From a virus, in IMG/VR virus record IMGVR_UViG_3300048080_000104, positions 1-51,213 of that record: DNA of 51,213 nt. One strand, given 5' to 3'. Shown here piece by piece: positions 49,712 to 51,213 of the stretch; the stretch's first letter is position 1; each line of letters starts with the position of its first letter. Below the pieces are notes generated by a model, which was given only the letters and a program-made list of their open reading frames with translations, did not search any database and was not told where the DNA came from. The translations under genes and the position numbers were made by a program.

Positions 49712-50444
49712 GTTGGGCGACTCCTTCATTCGGTGCGCTCGGGGCCTCTTGTGCCTTCTGCACTTCGAGGAACCCTTTTCGCATGAGAGGCGAGAACTGG
49801 AATGTACCCACGTGATTGACCTGCTTACTCAGGTCGTGGTCGATGTAGATCTCGTGGCCTGCGGCGATCACCTTCTCACAGAAGACGTAATCCTCACCGC
49901 GGAAGATCCCCCTCTCGGGGACCCACTGGTATTCCCACCACGGCAGCGCGATGTCACGCAGCACGTCGAGGTGGATCATCATGATTCCGGTGCCGACGCG
50001 AGAGACCTTCTGGATCCCCGTGCTGTCAGCGTTTGTCGGGACCTCGAGGTTATTCGCGTCGCGCGCGGTCACGTAGTACGGATGACGGCGCGCCATGCAG
50101 TTGATCGCGACCACCGGGAGGTGATGGCGGACCATGCGCACCGCGAGATCACGCGGGAACTCCATGTCGCTGTCGATCATGAGTATGTGCGTCCAGCCAG
50201 CCTCGATGGCCACCTGACAGAGAAGCTGGCGAGACAGCGGCAGCATCGAATACTGGGCCGTCTGGTATCCGATGATGAGCCCGTCGGAGATCGATTGCGC
50301 AACGCAGTGGACGAGCGATAGGCAGTAGACCGCTAGTGCGGTGTCCTGGAGCGGAGTAGCAATCAGGACCTTGGGCGTTTCCGTGAGCGTCTGGAGTCGG
50401 TGCGCTTTGCGCGCGATCAGCTTTCGGACCTTCGATGCCTTCAC
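49704..50444 (-). CDS. Glycosyltransferase (GT-A fold)
   Basis: 246 aa with a GTG start. ILMIDSDMEFP (DxD), GTGIMMIH, RGEDYVFCEK and a terminal HVG match a phage/bacterial GT2-like pattern. Confidence 0.75.
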   Translation of the reverse strand: MKASKVRKLIARKAHRLQTLTETPKVLIATPLQDTALAVYCLSLVHCVAQSISDGLIIGYQTAQYSMLPLSRQLLCQVAIEAGWTHILMIDSDMEFPRDLAVRMVRHHLPVVAINCMARRHPYYVTARDANNLEVPTNADSTGIQKVSRVGTGIMMIHLDVLRDIALPWWEYQWVPERGIFRGEDYVFCEKVIAAGHEIYIDHDLSKQVNHVGTFQFSPLMRKGFLEVQKAQEAPSAPNEGVAQHG

Positions 50445-50448
50445 ACGG

Positions 50449-50916
50449 TTACCCCAACTTCATCGCAACGACGAACACGCCCGGCACCTGCGGGTCTGTG
50501 GTCTCCACCGCTTCGAGGCCGAGCCGCTGCGCCAGTGCGGCCAGCGTGCCCGGCATGAATCGCCACCGATCGGGTGGGTTGTGGTGCGGGAATCCGTTGC
50601 CGCGTGCCGTCACGAGCAGAAGCCCATCGGGTGCCAGCACGCGCACCATTTCGGCCAGCGATTCGGTGGGGGCGAGTGCGTGCTCCAGCATCTCGGTCGA
50701 GATCACTGTCGCGAATGAGCCGCTCTCGAAGGGCAGCGGTTTGTAGGCGTCGATCACCGCGTCGACGCCGGGTCCGTCGACGATGTCAACACCGAGGTAC
50801 GGCGTAGGGCAGAGCGAGCGCACGGAGCCGTTGACGTTGTAGGAGCCGACCTCGAGTACGGGAGCTTTGATACGTTCTCGGTGCGACCGCACGAAGGCGA
50901 TCACGCTCTCATGCAC
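50449..50916 (-). CDS. Class I SAM-dependent methyltransferase
   Basis: 155 aa. VLEVGS (motif I region) and ISTEMLEHALAPTESLAEMVRVLAPDGLLLV (Methyltransf_11-type). Confidence 0.75.
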   Translation of the reverse strand: MHESVIAFVRSHRERIKAPVLEVGSYNVNGSVRSLCPTPYLGVDIVDGPGVDAVIDAYKPLPFESGSFATVISTEMLEHALAPTESLAEMVRVLAPDGLLLVTARGNGFPHHNPPDRWRFMPGTLAALAQRLGLEAVETTDPQVPGVFVVAMKLG

Positions 50917-51213
50917 GCTTCGACCAGCGGCTTTCGCTTTGCCCAGAGCGCCATGTCCGCGCTCGCGTTTGCCTGGCCGAGCGCATAGACATCATCCCAC
51001 TTGCCGCGTCGCCAGTACGGATGCAAGTGCTCGACGATCGCCTCGCGACAGAACGCCCACGCACCGCGGGCTTTGGCCGTTGCGACCAGCTCGTCATCCA
51101 CGGCCCAGTGCCGGTATCCCTCGTGTACGACCTTTACAGGCTCGTCGATTGTGCCGAATTTGTCGACGTACTCGCGCCGAATCAGCGGGTGCGTGGTGTG
51201 CTCGCCGGCCAAC
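50901..51213 (-). CDS. C-terminal part of the wrap-around glycosyltransferase (unique part 50901-51086; 51087-51213 duplicates 1-127)
   Basis: Same reading frame as 1..477 across the junction. Ends ...LWAKRKPLVEACMRA with its stop at 50901. Confidence 0.7.
   Translation of the reverse strand, partial: LAGEHTTHPLIRREYVDKFGTIDEPVKVVHEGYRHWAVDDELVATAKARGAWAFCREAIVEHLHPYWRRGKWDDVYALGQANASADMALWAKRKPLVEACMRA
51087..51213. repeat. Second copy of the 127-bp terminal overlap
   Basis: Identical to bases 1-127. Confidence 0.95.

Noticed and set aside
1-51213. Integrase/excisionase, ParAB, reverse transcriptase (DGR/retron), CRISPR-Cas, toxin-antitoxin pairs and tRNAs
   Set aside because: I looked for hallmark motifs (tyrosine/serine recombinase, YxDD, Walker-type ParA, cloverleaf T-arms, repeat-spacer arrays) among all plausible ORFs and gaps and found none. 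Remote homologues could be missed without profile searches.

Overview
The window is a complete, circularly closed tailed-phage genome. Bases 1-127 are identical to 51087-51213, so the unique length is 51,086 bp. GC is high, roughly mid-60s % by eye. All calls come from reading the sequence, the ORF track and remembered family motifs; no searches were run. The ORF track prints GTG and TTG starts as M and always takes the longest ORF, so I corrected many starts by hand using RBS position and 4-nt stop/start overlaps.

Architecture:
- Two divergent transcription arms leave one control region (16025-16317) and meet head-on at about 24912/24920.
- The minus arm (about 42 kb) runs 16024 to 1, wraps the junction, and continues 51086 to 24920.
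- Its gene order starts with an HTH regulator, a MazG-like protein, an SNF2 helicase and an SPPF-type DNA methyltransferase.
- Next come a replication protein with internal iterons, a RecA/DnaB-like ATPase, RusA and an accessory island holding a P63C fragment and a 5'-truncated methyltransferase-Mrr fusion.
- The structural part follows: TerS, TerL, portal, a five-gene insert (two unknown proteins plus glycosyltransferase, methyltransferase, glycosyltransferase), protease-scaffold and an HK97-type capsid.
- It then continues with connector/neck genes, major tail, G/T chaperones, a 1527-aa tape measure and three tail-tip proteins.
- It ends with six signal-peptide, cysteine-rich proteins, an HNH endonuclease and a lysis block: endolysin, holin-like protein, lipoprotein and a membrane-anchored staphylococcal-type nuclease.
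- The plus arm (16318-24912) carries small Zn-ribbon proteins, a 24-unit pentapeptide-repeat protein, and a Sak4-like ATPase / DUF669 SSB-like / Cas4-like nuclease recombination module.

I saw no sheath gene (so a siphovirus-type tail), and no integrase, partition genes, tRNA, CRISPR array or reverse transcriptase.

Most unusual observations:
1. Six consecutive tail-distal genes all encode Sec-type signal peptides and an even number of cysteines.
2. A secreted or anchored SNase-type nuclease is translationally chained to a lipoprotein and a holin-like gene.
3. A glycosyltransferase-methyltransferase-glycosyltransferase cassette is wired into the portal-protease-capsid operon.
4. The phage encodes a near-perfect pentapeptide-repeat (DNA-mimic type) protein.
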